Below are positions 21,252-31,035 of a DNA stretch of 64,000 bases, in pieces. The stretch spans positions 736,001 through 800,000 of the forward strand of contig CBDBCZ010000019.1 in NCBI GenBank assembly GCA_965203295.1, given 5' to 3'. The notes under the pieces are model-generated. The model was not told the origin of the DNA and did no database searches. It saw only the letters and a list, made by a program, of their open reading frames with translations. The stretch is from Nitrospirales bacterium. GTDB taxonomy: Bacteria > Nitrospirota > Nitrospiria > Nitrospirales > UBA8639. The position numbers were made by a program, and so were the translations under genes. Each line of letters begins with the position of its first letter. Position 1 is the first letter of the stretch.

Positions 21252-21414
21252 TTCGCTTAGCCTTTTCTCTTTCAGTCAATGCGCGTGCAATTGATTCCAC
21301 AGGAACGCCGGTTTCTACCGCGGTCGAACTGGAGACATTGGCAATCAACGCTTTCCGGTAATTTTCTGGGACTTTCAGATATGGATTTGTCTCAATAAGA
21401 GGTTTTTTGTCCAT
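21238..21414 (-). CDS. Putative Fic antitoxin, 58 aa, convergent with and overlapping fic (not in the ORF track)
   Basis: MDKKPLIETNPYLKVPENYRKALIANVSSSTAVETGVPVESIARALTEREKAKRIKKP*, GAGGAG RBS. STAVETG resembles the (S/T)xxxE(G/N) inhibitory helix. Confidence 0.65.
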   Translation of the reverse strand: MDKKPLIETNPYLKVPENYRKALIANVSSSTAVETGVPVESIARALTEREKAKRIKKP

Positions 21415-21493
21415 CTTTCTGCTCCTCAGGTTTCATTATATAGCATGAAGGGTTTTGAATCATCCTCAGCATAAATCCCGGGAAATATCCTAG

Positions 21494-21565
21494 GAAGAAT
21501 CCGACAACCTCCCCGATCCTGACGTCATCGTCGAAGAAATCCAAGCCCTCGAAGCTATCCTCTAG
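21494..21565 (+). pseudogene. Short remnant resembling the C-terminus of a type I restriction-modification M subunit
   Basis: Translates to EESDNLPDPDVIVEEIQALEAIL*, similar to the HsdM C-terminal DNLPDPDV...EI motif. Confidence 0.5.
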
Positions 21566-21642
21566 CCAATCTACCTACTCGACGCACTGTTTCAGTCCTT
21601 GCACCACTGCCTTCCGCTGGAATTGCGAGGGTCTCCTTCCAG

Positions 21643-21676
21643 CTTGACCTATAACTTGACTTATACTTGACTAATA
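21643..21676. repeat. Three imperfect 11-12 bp direct repeats with a CTTGAC core
   Basis: CTTGACCTATAA / CTTGACTTATA / CTTGACTAATA, plus ATTGACTTACA at 21705. Confidence 0.7.
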
Positions 21677-21855
21677 ATGGCAAGGGTATAGGCCAGGCAT
21701 GAGTATTGACTTACACCTGGCTAAACTTTTAGTAGTCAGTTCAAATGAATTTCACAAAGGCTCCCTGCTTTAATCCCTATTCAAATATGGTAAATCGGAT
21801 TCCTTGGATGGTCGTTTTGTATTTGCTCATCCTTTAGCCAAGAAAATAGGATCCC

Positions 21856-22620
21856 ATGAGTCAGTCATCCCGATTTGAAATACCTGGAACGGACTCGAAA
21901 CTCATTGTCGGTGATCTTATCCCTGGTCAGGAACGACAAATTCTTTTTATCACCGGGTTTCTTTCAAAACGGTGGGGTAACAAAAGCAAGGCTCTCGCTG
22001 AAATGTGCCATCAGCGAAACTGGGGATTTTGCTGCTTTGATTTTCGTGGGAATGGGGACTCTGAAGGCGTATTCCACGACTACACGCTTTGTGATTGGCT
22101 TGATGATGCTCGACAGGTAACGAAGATGATTGCCGATGGTCCTCCTGTGAGCATCATTGGTTCATCATTAGGAGGATGGCTGGCGTGGATCCTTGGGCAA
22201 GAATTCACGCAGGTCAGGCAGCTTTTGTTGCTTGCTCCTGCCTTTAACATGATGGGGAAACGTGCGCAGGATATTTCTCCTTCTCGACGGCAACAGTGGG
22301 AGTAAATAGGGTGGATGCCCTGGGATGATGATGCGCTTCACCGAGGCTTTCCTTTATCCTGGAAATGGGTCGAAGAAAGCGAAAGCTTGTGGGCGCGGCG
22401 ATTTGACCAACCCCGCCGGGTGCCCACACGCCTATTGCATGGGCTACAAGACAATGTGATTCTTCCATCGGGAAGCAGGCATTTTGCGGAGCACCTCCTC
22501 GCGCAAGATCCTCAGTATTCTATCGAACTCTTCTTCAAGACTGGGGATCATCGATTTAGCAGTCCTTCCAATCTGACAACCTTCTTAGAGTTAGCCGCTG
22601 AGAGTTATGAGGCCACCTGA
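21856..22620 (+). pseudogene. Alpha/beta hydrolase with in-frame TAA at 22303-22305
   Basis: FDFRGNGDS and GSSLGG lie before the stop; LLHGLQD and GDHRFS follow in the same frame. Confidence 0.85.
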
Positions 22621-22763
22621 TGTAGCGCATCGGCCAGCCCTCTGATTTTTCCTCACGTTGGATTTAGCCCTAGCTCAACGAGTATGCTGGCTCATTCCCA
22701 TTTGCCTCAGTTTGCATTAAATTCCCATAGGGTTTTCAAGATGATCACCGGAATTGTCAGACC

Positions 22764-23747
22764 ATGATGTCCCAAACTCCTGATCACCATGAACGAACCA
22801 CTCGTGAAGCCTTGAAAATCCTTGACCAGAAAAGACTTGGGCGTTCGGAGGGAGCCAAAATAGGTCTTGTCGTTCAGGGTGGAGGTATGCGGAGGGTATA
22901 CTCCATGGGAGCCCTGTCGGCTCTTGAGGAAATGGGCTTTGGTCAATGCTTTGATCATGTGGCAGGATCATCGGCCGGTGCACTCAATGGGGCATACTTT
23001 ATCACGGGCCAGGCGAGCTATGGTGTCGAGACCTATATTCACTATTTGAGTCAAAGAGAATTCGTGAATCCCCTCCGTTTCAAGAAAATGGTGGACATTG
23101 ACTATTTGGTGGATCAGATTGGAAAGAAGGTTCGGCCGCTTGATATCGACACACTTCTCTCCGCCGACACCACGCTCCATATTTCGCTGACCCAATGTTC
23201 GAATGGACACACGCGTTTCGTGACCAACAGAACGCCCGGAATCAACTTGTGGGAAGCCTTTCGTGCAAGCGCGGCCATGCCCATCCTCTATAACAAATCC
23301 GTAAAGGTCGGGGACGGTCTCTATGTCGATGGTTCACTCAGATCTCGAGTGCCGATACGAAGGGTGGTTGATTATGGTTGCCGGTATATCGTTGTTATTT
23401 TGACCATGCCTCACTCGCACCGAATCAAACCTAAAAATGCTTGGATTCAATCGCTAAGCTGGCCGGCCACCCGACATTACAGTGACGCTCTCCGGCAAGC
23501 TCTTTTCGGCGAAGATGTGGACTATAACACCACAAAGTCTGACCTCGCACGTAGGAATCCCCAGATCTCCGGGTGTGCCAATGGGGTCGTGGTCATCACG
23601 CCACAAAGGCCGCCCGAAAGGTTTTCCACGATCACGACAGACCCTAAGCAACTGATGCAATGCGCCCTACAAGCCAGAGTCGATACCTGGCATGCCTTTG
23701 GTCAAACGCCACCTCCAATTGACAACCCCTTTGCGACGTCGTTCTGA
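22764..23747 (+). CDS. Patatin-like phospholipase
   Basis: QGGGMR, GSSAG, RASAAMP, YVDGS. Confidence 0.85.
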   Translation: MMSQTPDHHERTTREALKILDQKRLGRSEGAKIGLVVQGGGMRRVYSMGALSALEEMGFGQCFDHVAGSSAGALNGAYFITGQASYGVETYIHYLSQREFVNPLRFKKMVDIDYLVDQIGKKVRPLDIDTLLSADTTLHISLTQCSNGHTRFVTNRTPGINLWEAFRASAAMPILYNKSVKVGDGLYVDGSLRSRVPIRRVVDYGCRYIVVILTMPHSHRIKPKNAWIQSLSWPATRHYSDALRQALFGEDVDYNTTKSDLARRNPQISGCANGVVVITPQRPPERFSTITTDPKQLMQCALQARVDTWHAFGQTPPPIDNPFATSF

Positions 23748-23753
23748 AAAATT

Positions 23754-24756
23754 GTGTTAAGTGAAAGATTTCAGATTAAGGGGGTCGGGAGTCTTTTCTT
23801 TTTCAGTAAGAGGGATCGTCTTTGCCTCCAATTTATCTTTTGCGTATGGGCACTGGTCTGTGTTGTGGCTCCCTCAATAGGTCAAGCAGAAGATCCTGAA
23901 GAGGAACCTCGTTTGCCCCTGGCGATGGAGGTCTTTCTTAAAGAAGCCTAAGGAACGTCTGTATGAACTCCACATCCATTTGACCAATATCAGTCATGAG
24001 CCGGTGATGGTTAACGTTCATGACTTGCCTTGGAATCCTCCGAATGATTCTAAGTGGTTATTAGCTTTTCGAATGGATGCCCCCAAAAGTCTGATTGAAC
24101 AGGGTTACGATTTTTCACGTTTCGGATCGCGAGTCGTTCGGTTTCTTGCCGTTGAATCGATCCAAGATAGGGTCGCGTTAAACCCTCGGATTCCTTCTCT
24201 TTGGGAAGAAATTGATCAATTCGGCGTGCAAATTCATTGGGACTGTCCGCCGCCTTCCTTAAAATTTGTGTGCAAAGATGGATCTTCCAATACCATTACC
24301 ATTCCCAAAGAGGATCCTGGCCAACCCGATTTGTATTCCATTGATGAAAAAGCATGCCTTAAGCTTGAACGCAGGATCGGTCTTATCGATATTCCTGAAG
24401 ACCACGACCTGCTCTTTCTCCTCACTACCGAATCTGTGATATCAGATCTCAAAAGGGTTCAGTCCCTTCTCCTTCAGGTCGATGACTATGTTCGACAGTG
24501 TCGACCGATGTGGACGAATAGTTGGGCGGTAAGTTTTTTTACAGAAGAGAAGTATGTGGGATTTCTTAGGGAAGAGGAGAATGAGCACTATTTTGAAAAA
24601 GGCCTCTGGCAACAAGCCAATATTGGGCAGTATTCCAGTCAAATTCGAACTTTATTCCGATTTCCTTGGATCAAGAAAAAGGCTGATACTGTTTACCTTT
24701 CTGTTTATGGATCACGCATCTCTGCAGAAAGCCATGATACCCGTCCTTCGCAGTAG
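23754..24756 (+). pseudogene. Secreted hypothetical protein, frameshifted near 23949
   Basis: The signal-peptide ORF ends FLKEA*; the shifted frame continues KERLYELHIHLTNISHEP... to 24756. Confidence 0.6.
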
Positions 24757-25031
24757 CCTGCTCCAAAAGGTGGATAAACCCGTAGGCAGTCGTCGACCGA
24801 AGCTTGTGGCTGTTTGCGCGCCGGAGTGGCTCCAGGTGCTTCAAAACATTACTCCCTTGGGTCGTTGGCCTGCTGATTTCAATTAGTCACTCTCTCATTC
24901 CCACAAAGCCTTTAGTCCCATCCCAGATCTTTCTTATGCTCTTGCGTCGTTTAGTCAGCTTACCCCAAAATAGGCTTTCCAGTTTTTGATCCCACGGCAA
25001 CAACGCCGTTCGTTTGTAATTTTGGAACAGT

Positions 25032-25532
25032 ATGAAAACTCTCTATCTGGTGAGGCATGCGAAGTCCTCTTGGAAGGATGCGAGCCTCCCGGATCACGAT
25101 CGCCCATTAAACAAGCGGGGTGAGGAGGATGCCCCGCGGATGGGGAAGCGTTTGGCATGTCGGCGGCCGAAGCCGGAATTAATTATCTCAAGCCCGGCTG
25201 TACGAGCAAAAATGACGGCGAAGCTCCTCGCGACTGGGATCGGTTATCCCAAGGCGAATATTGTCATCGACAAATTGATTTATGAGGCCGAGCCAGAGGA
25301 CTTAATGTCCATCATCCGTGGCCTGGACAACACCGTCGATTGCGTGATGCTTGTTGGCCACAATCCTGCTTTCACCCTACTCGTCAATTCTCTCGCTCGA
25401 TGTAATATTGAGAATGTGCCGACTTGCGGCCTGGCTGTTCTGAAATTCGACATAGTTTCATGGGATGACATTGATCGCGTGACTGGTGAGCTGTTGGATT
25501 TCGACTATCCCAAGAAGACGATTGACGACTGA
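25032..25532 (+). CDS. sixA: SixA-like histidine phosphatase
   Basis: LVRHAKSSW, DHDRPLNKRG, SSPAVRA, VGHNP. Confidence 0.85.
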   Translation: MKTLYLVRHAKSSWKDASLPDHDRPLNKRGEEDAPRMGKRLACRRPKPELIISSPAVRAKMTAKLLATGIGYPKANIVIDKLIYEAEPEDLMSIIRGLDNTVDCVMLVGHNPAFTLLVNSLARCNIENVPTCGLAVLKFDIVSWDDIDRVTGELLDFDYPKKTIDD

Positions 25533-25539
25533 AGATTGT

Positions 25540-26727
25540 ATGGCCGAGACGACAATTGATAGACCCAGCTACCAAGGACCGGCGCTCTTTTTCTATGGAT
25601 TCAGACCATTTTTTCTTGGTGCCGCGCTTTTTTGCGGTGTTGCGGTCCCTGCCTGGGTCCTTATTCTTTCCGGACTTGGTGACTCGGCGTTTCTCTCTGC
25701 TCCGCGGGATTGGCATGTCCATGAAATGGTGTTCGGCTTTCTTCCCGGGGTGATCACCGGTTTCCTGCTGACTGCTATTCCCAACTGGACCGAGCGTCTT
25801 CCGGTCAAGGGTATGCCGCTGATGCTGTTATTTGCATTGTGGTTGTCAGGACGTCTGGTCATCGCGCTCCCGTGGCTCACGCCTCTCGTTACGGCCCTGG
25901 TTGATGGAGCATTTCTTGTTGCTGTGGCAGGGATTGTCTGGCGAGAAATTGTAATCGCTGAGGCCTGGTATCGTTTGCCGATTGGAGTTCTGATCAGCCT
26001 GTATGCAGGTGCGAATATTTTCTTCCATATTCTGGCCCTTAGTGGCGAGGCGACGGATCTTTCCGAGCGAATGGCTCTTGCGCTTGTCATGGTATTGCTT
26101 GCTCTCATCGGTGGACGTATCACTCCCAACTTTACCCACGACTTCTTGGTTCAGGAAGGCATGACCGAAGAGCCCACGCCATTTTCGCGTATCGATGGAG
26201 TGTCGGTCGTTCTCGTAGGAGTTGCCGCGGTGGTTTGGACTGTTCAGCCACAAAACATGGCTACTGGCTGGATGTTGGTGGCGGCAGGTTTAGCCAATCT
26301 AGTCCGCCTTGTGCGCTGGTATGGCTTGGTGACTTGGCGTGAACCGTTAGTGCTGATCCTGCACGTGGGTTATAGCTGGCTGGTGTTGTCGCTGCTCGTC
26401 ATGGGAGGAGCGATTCTTGGATTAGGTATCTCAACGGAGGATGCTGTTCATGCGCTCACGACCGGTGCCGTTGGCGTGATGACCCTGGCGGTCATGACGC
26501 GTGCTAGCCTAGGCCATACGGGAAGGCCAAAACACGCAGGTCCTATGACCATTCTGATTTACCTTCTGGTTAACCTCGGTGCGATATTGCGGTTATTCGG
26601 AGCGACATTTGAGATCCCAACGACGACCATGCTTGGCTTGGCCACAGTTTGTTGGAGTGGTGCCTACATTCTATTCGCCGTGGTCTACGGACCTCTCTTC
26701 CTTCGCCCGAGCACTGACGACGAGTGA
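25540..26727 (+). CDS. nnrS: NnrS family membrane protein
   Basis: YGFRPFFL, WHVHEMVFG, GFLLTAIPNWT, GGRITPNFT, MTRASLGHTGR; start moved to ATG 25540. Confidence 0.92.
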   Translation: MAETTIDRPSYQGPALFFYGFRPFFLGAALFCGVAVPAWVLILSGLGDSAFLSAPRDWHVHEMVFGFLPGVITGFLLTAIPNWTERLPVKGMPLMLLFALWLSGRLVIALPWLTPLVTALVDGAFLVAVAGIVWREIVIAEAWYRLPIGVLISLYAGANIFFHILALSGEATDLSERMALALVMVLLALIGGRITPNFTHDFLVQEGMTEEPTPFSRIDGVSVVLVGVAAVVWTVQPQNMATGWMLVAAGLANLVRLVRWYGLVTWREPLVLILHVGYSWLVLSLLVMGGAILGLGISTEDAVHALTTGAVGVMTLAVMTRASLGHTGRPKHAGPMTILIYLLVNLGAILRLFGATFEIPTTTMLGLATVCWSGAYILFAVVYGPLFLRPSTDDE

Positions 26728-26921
26728 AAAGATGGGGCAAAAGATGGAAGAGGAAGCATGGACCACAGCTGCTCAGCCTAACTGCACCTCACCTACTTCT
26801 TTTTCACCGAAGGCTGTTTTCGAAGGTTGCGTTTCCCCAAAGCGGTCAGCGAGACTTTTGATTTCTCTGTCAAAGGCGACGTACAAGAGAATGAACTCAC
26901 GCACATGACCTAAAGGAGTTT

Positions 26922-27413
26922 GTGATGCAGTGTCCGTGTCAAAGTGGAGCCAAGTTTAGTCGGTGCTGTGAGCCCATCATCCGCGGGCTGACACAAGCGG
27001 AAACGGCTGAGCAACTCATGCGGGCCAGGTACACGGCTTATACTCAAGTTGAGATGGACTTTATTGAGCAGACTCACGATCCAAAAACAAGACACGATAT
27101 CGATATGAAGGCCAATCGCGAATAGGCTGAGTCGACCACGTGGGAGAGTCTAGAGATCATTGAGGCCAAACAGGGTGGGGTTGATGATGAGTTCGGTACG
27201 ATCGAATTCAAAGCGACCTATGCGACAGAAGAAGGGCTCCAATATCATCATTAGCTAAGTCAGTTTCATAAACAGGATGGTGTGTGGTTTTACTCTGACA
27301 GTACGTATCCGAAGGGACATACAGTGGTTCGTGCACAACCCAAGGTTGGGCGCAATGATCCTTGCCCCTGCGGGAGTGGAAAGAAGTACAAAAAATGTTG
27401 CGGAGCAGGCTAG
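26922..27413 (+). pseudogene. ychJ: YchJ/SEC-C motif protein with two in-frame TAG codons (27123, 27252)
   Basis: CPCQSG...AEQLMRARYTAY...ANRE*AESTTW...HH*LSQF...[20 protein letters not shown]. Confidence 0.9.
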
Positions 27414-27490
27414 GTGAGAAGAGGGCTATGAATTTACACTGGCTGATAGGTCTGTTCCTGTTGGTGAAATTTTTACGAAAAGTCGCATTT

Positions 27491-27523
27491 GAATGCCCCG
27501 CCTGGAAAGGCGGGGTTCTTTAC
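27491..27523 (+). mobile_element. Possible IS200/IS605-family end hairpin (orphan)
   Basis: GAATG-CCCCGCCT-GGAA-AGGCGGGG-TTCTTTAC; no transposase nearby; could also act as a terminator. Confidence 0.4.
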
Positions 27524-27751
27524 TCAATATCCTGAGTAAATTGTCACTGGTATAGATACTCATTTCCAAACTATCTTAGTCCTTCGGCTCAAAGAACGCG
27601 GTTGCTTCATTCACGTGATCACCGGCGCGTGTCAGTTCCCTCTCGAAGTCTTGCATATTTCTGAAGAGCCAGGCACGATTGGCCCCCATTTAGCCAGAGC
27701 CGATCATATTGGCGGTGACATTCATACCAGGTGTTTTAGGAGGATGATTAT

Positions 27752-28072
27752 ATGGAAATGGACCTTTCCAGTTTGAAAAGAATCAAAACCTTTATGGAAT
27801 TCATCAAGAGGACAAAACAAGAAGGCATTAAACTTTCTTTTGTGAATACTCCAACTGAGCATGGCGATAACATTAACGTTGCAGCCACCATCGAAAGGGA
27901 GCAGGTGAACATTGGCATTCTATTTTGGGACGTCAAAGTACTCCAAGACCAAGGGTTGGTCGATACATTGGACGAAGAAGATATGGCTTTAGGGTTAAAT
28001 CTCACGGATGGAATGGTAGACGATGTGGAGAAGATTTTGACGTTTGTGGACGCGAAGCTGGGGAACTCGTAA
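27752..28072 (+). CDS. Hypothetical acidic protein
   Basis: AGGAGG RBS, 106-aa ORF, no recognised motif. Confidence 0.6.
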   Translation: MEMDLSSLKRIKTFMEFIKRTKQEGIKLSFVNTPTEHGDNINVAATIEREQVNIGILFWDVKVLQDQGLVDTLDEEDMALGLNLTDGMVDDVEKILTFVDAKLGNS

Positions 28073-28126
28073 AGCTCAGGGTCGTACAGGAACCGTCGGC
28101 TTGAATGAAGACAAATTGTCCAATGA

Positions 28127-29377
28127 CTAGTCGCGTAACATATGCACGAACAAACCATCTCGGAGTTTCGGCTCAAACCATGTACTCTTTGGCGGCATGA
28201 TGCGTTCCGCATCGGATACGGCCATGAGTTCGGCAACGGTCGTGGGGTATAACCAAAACGCCACCGACCAATCACCCTGATCCACCATTACCGCAAGTTG
28301 TTCTGGACCGCGCACACCTCCGACAAAATCAATTCGAGCGTCAGAACGTTGATCCACGATTCCTAACAATGGATCCAATACCCGTTCTGTCAATATGGAG
28401 ACGGCCAAGGAGCGAACTGGATCGTGCTCATGTTTGGACGACGAATTAGGAATCAGTCCTGGTGTGGCCCGATGCCACTGGCCCTCTAAATACATATCGA
28501 ATCCCGCGGAGGGTGGATTGCCAGGTCTTGGTACAATTTTCAGGTCATAGTGCGGTGCGATTGCGTCGAGAAATTGCTTCGGGGACAGGCCATTAAAATC
28601 ACGAACGACTCGGTTATACGGAAGAATCTGAAGCTGGTCGTGCGGGAATATCACGGCCAGAAAGCCTTCCTCGTGGTGACTCGATGTTCTTGTACCGAGG
28701 TTCTTACGCGCGGCGCGTACGCGACTGGCAGCCGCGGAGCGATGGTGGCCGTCTGCAATGTACAACGTTTCGATTTCGCGAAATTCGTCCACCACGCGAC
28801 GAATCGCTGATGGGTCCCGCATGCTCCACACCGTATGTTCGACATGATCATCGGCGACGAATTGTGCATCCGGTGGGGTGGAGGTGACATCTTCGAGCCA
28901 ACGTTCGAATTTTGTCTGGCGGTGGAAAAACAGCAGGACCGGACCGGATTGAGATTCATGGGTTTCGATGAGCCGGACTCGATCTGCTTCCTTCACCGTC
29001 CGAGTGAGCTCGTGCTTCTTAATAATCCCGCGATCGTACTCGTCGACAGATGCGAGTGCCACGAGACCCGTCTGCTCGTGGGATCCCAATTTTTGTCTGT
29101 AGACACCGAGCAAGGGATATTCTTCCTGGGCAAGAATCCCTTCTTTGATGAGATTCCTCAGGTTTTCCGCTCCTATCTCATAGACCGTCGGTGAGTAGGG
29201 ATCGATCCCGCCGTTGAGCTCGAGTTCCGCTCGGCTGACGCGGAGAAAGCTATGTGGATTTCCCTTAGCCATGTCGCGCGCTTCTTCCAACGATACGACG
29301 TCGTATGGAGGCGCGGCAACTTTCTCGGCGAATTCAGGCCTGGGCCTTAGAGCCCGAAACGGAGCGATTATCGCCAT
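28127..29377 (-). CDS. DUF1015 family protein
   Basis: APPYDVV, IKKHELT, LYIADGHHRSAAA, MPPKSTWFEPKLRDGL. Confidence 0.9.
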   Translation of the reverse strand: MAIIAPFRALRPRPEFAEKVAAPPYDVVSLEEARDMAKGNPHSFLRVSRAELELNGGIDPYSPTVYEIGAENLRNLIKEGILAQEEYPLLGVYRQKLGSHEQTGLVALASVDEYDRGIIKKHELTRTVKEADRVRLIETHESQSGPVLLFFHRQTKFERWLEDVTSTPPDAQFVADDHVEHTVWSMRDPSAIRRVVDEFREIETLYIADGHHRSAAASRVRAARKNLGTRTSSHHEEGFLAVIFPHDQLQILPYNRVVRDFNGLSPKQFLDAIAPHYDLKIVPRPGNPPSAGFDMYLEGQWHRATPGLIPNSSSKHEHDPVRSLAVSILTERVLDPLLGIVDQRSDARIDFVGGVRGPEQLAVMVDQGDWSVAFWLYPTTVAELMAVSDAERIMPPKSTWFEPKLRDGLFVHMLRD

Positions 29378-29460
29378 ATCGTTGTTCTCCTTTTAGGTAG
29401 ATTAAGATTTAAGAAATGTGTAGAGTGACTTAGTAGTCTCTATATGTCAACACTGGGCAA

Positions 29461-29841
29461 ATGGGAAAAACCATGAAACAAGTGATCAAAGCTGTGCTGT
29501 GGGTGGTGTTGGGGATAGTCTTTCTTTCTGCCGGTGGGTCAAGACTCCTTAATCCTGACGTGCATGTAGAGAGGTTTGCGCATTGGGGGTATCCCCTTTG
29601 GTTTCTATATCTCACAGGGGGAATCGAGGTGGTGAGCGGAGCATTTCTTCTGATTCCGAGAGCCCGCTTGTATGGTGTCCTCCTCTTGAGTGTGACTATG
29701 ATAGGAGCCTTCTTGACCCACCTTCGGGCTGGAGAAATGGGGGCGCTTCCCATTCCATTGATTCTTCTGCTCCTTCTCCTCTTTCTCGCGTGGACCATGC
29801 GTCCTTCAAAAATAAAGCCTTCGGAAACTAGTTCCTCTTAA
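29461..29841 (+). CDS. DoxX family membrane protein
   Basis: FAHWGYPLWFLYLTGGIEV...MIGAFLTHL, four TM segments. Confidence 0.8.
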   Translation: MGKTMKQVIKAVLWVVLGIVFLSAGGSRLLNPDVHVERFAHWGYPLWFLYLTGGIEVVSGAFLLIPRARLYGVLLLSVTMIGAFLTHLRAGEMGALPIPLILLLLLLFLAWTMRPSKIKPSETSSS

Positions 29842-29953
29842 GATATACCGTTTGCCCATTCTGTACCTCCCCTTTTCCCATCCCTCTATGCCTCTCCTCC
29901 ATTGAAAGAGTCCTGGTCCTCGTTCTGGGCAGGTTTTGCTAAACTCTCCTGGC

Positions 29954-30616
29954 ATGAATGCGCTTTACTATCCGTTTCACCTGTGTCATGAAACCACCCT
30001 CCATCGTCTGTTAACGGATTATGAGTGCATTCACTTTCGGGATTATATGGCTCTGCAATTCACGCCCTTGGTCGGGACGATTGCGTTTCCTGATCGGATG
30101 GGAGATTACTACCCCGAGTTCCTGGCGACTGGCCGGATCATTCAGGGCTATAACGTCAGTGGGTCGATGAGCTCAGAGGTCATTGTCTCGGCGAATCGCG
30201 ACTTGGTCGATCCTGAATGGAGATCCTCCTTCCATAAAGCTTTAACGGGTGATTATCGCTTTCAACGAGGGTTGTTTGACATCTCACAACTTCAGCAAGG
30301 TGAGAATTCTGAGTTTCGAGATTCTTCAGTGTGGATGGAGCTCACCAAGTTAGATTGGATGGATGTGCCCTATCAGGTTGAATTGATCCAGGCACTGAGT
30401 CAAACACGGTTATCCGGTGATGCAGCGTTTCGGTTTGAGTATGGTTTCGCTCTGCTTAAAACAGCTGCTGCTCTGGTCTATACTATTCGCCTGTGTCAGC
30501 AACTCAATCTAATTGCTGTAACGGATTCGGTTTCGCACCACGGGCTGCTGGCGAGAACTTGCGAGAGGGATGGTATCGATCTGGCAAACTCCTGCGTGAA
30601 GCGGGAGGAGTACTAG
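29954..30616 (+). CDS. Hypothetical protein
   Basis: Long ORF MNALYYPFHLC...HFRDYMAL...; no family recognised. Confidence 0.7.
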   Translation: MNALYYPFHLCHETTLHRLLTDYECIHFRDYMALQFTPLVGTIAFPDRMGDYYPEFLATGRIIQGYNVSGSMSSEVIVSANRDLVDPEWRSSFHKALTGDYRFQRGLFDISQLQQGENSEFRDSSVWMELTKLDWMDVPYQVELIQALSQTRLSGDAAFRFEYGFALLKTAAALVYTIRLCQQLNLIAVTDSVSHHGLLARTCERDGIDLANSCVKREEY

Positions 30617-30672
30617 TAGGTATGAAGAGTTTCGAGTTTAAGGTTTCGAGTTTCTCGTTCACAGTTCCACAT

Positions 30673-30865
30673 TGCCGGGGTTCGCCCCGGCAGTCGAGGT
30701 CCTTTTGTTTCGGCAAAAGGACCCAAAACCATTCCCGCTCGCGCCCGGCCCTGCGGGTCTCCTTCGTCCCAGCACCGAATCACATGGCTGCGGAACTCGC
30801 TCCGCTCAAACAGTCCTCACCGAATCGTCGGATTCGGCGCTGGGACTCAGCCGCGCGCAAAGTGG
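30673..30865 (+). repeat. Structured dispersed repeat, copy 3
   Basis: Same cores as copy 1; stem GTCCCAGCACCGAATC/GATTCGGCGCTGGGAC. Confidence 0.9.
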
Positions 30866-31035
30866 AACAAAAAATAAGGTGCCAAATTTTTTAAAACTTT
30901 AGCGGGGATCCATCTTTCTTTAATCAGACTGGATGCCTCCTAGCGACTCCGGAGATGACATCTCAGGTGCCCTTTTTCCGCTTTCGGCTTCTTCAGGTTC
31001 TTCTTCACTCACTCAATATCCGAAAGAACTGACTC

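Noticed and set aside
19617..21565. Prophage
   Set aside because: No structural, terminase, holin or integrase genes around the GH19 gene.
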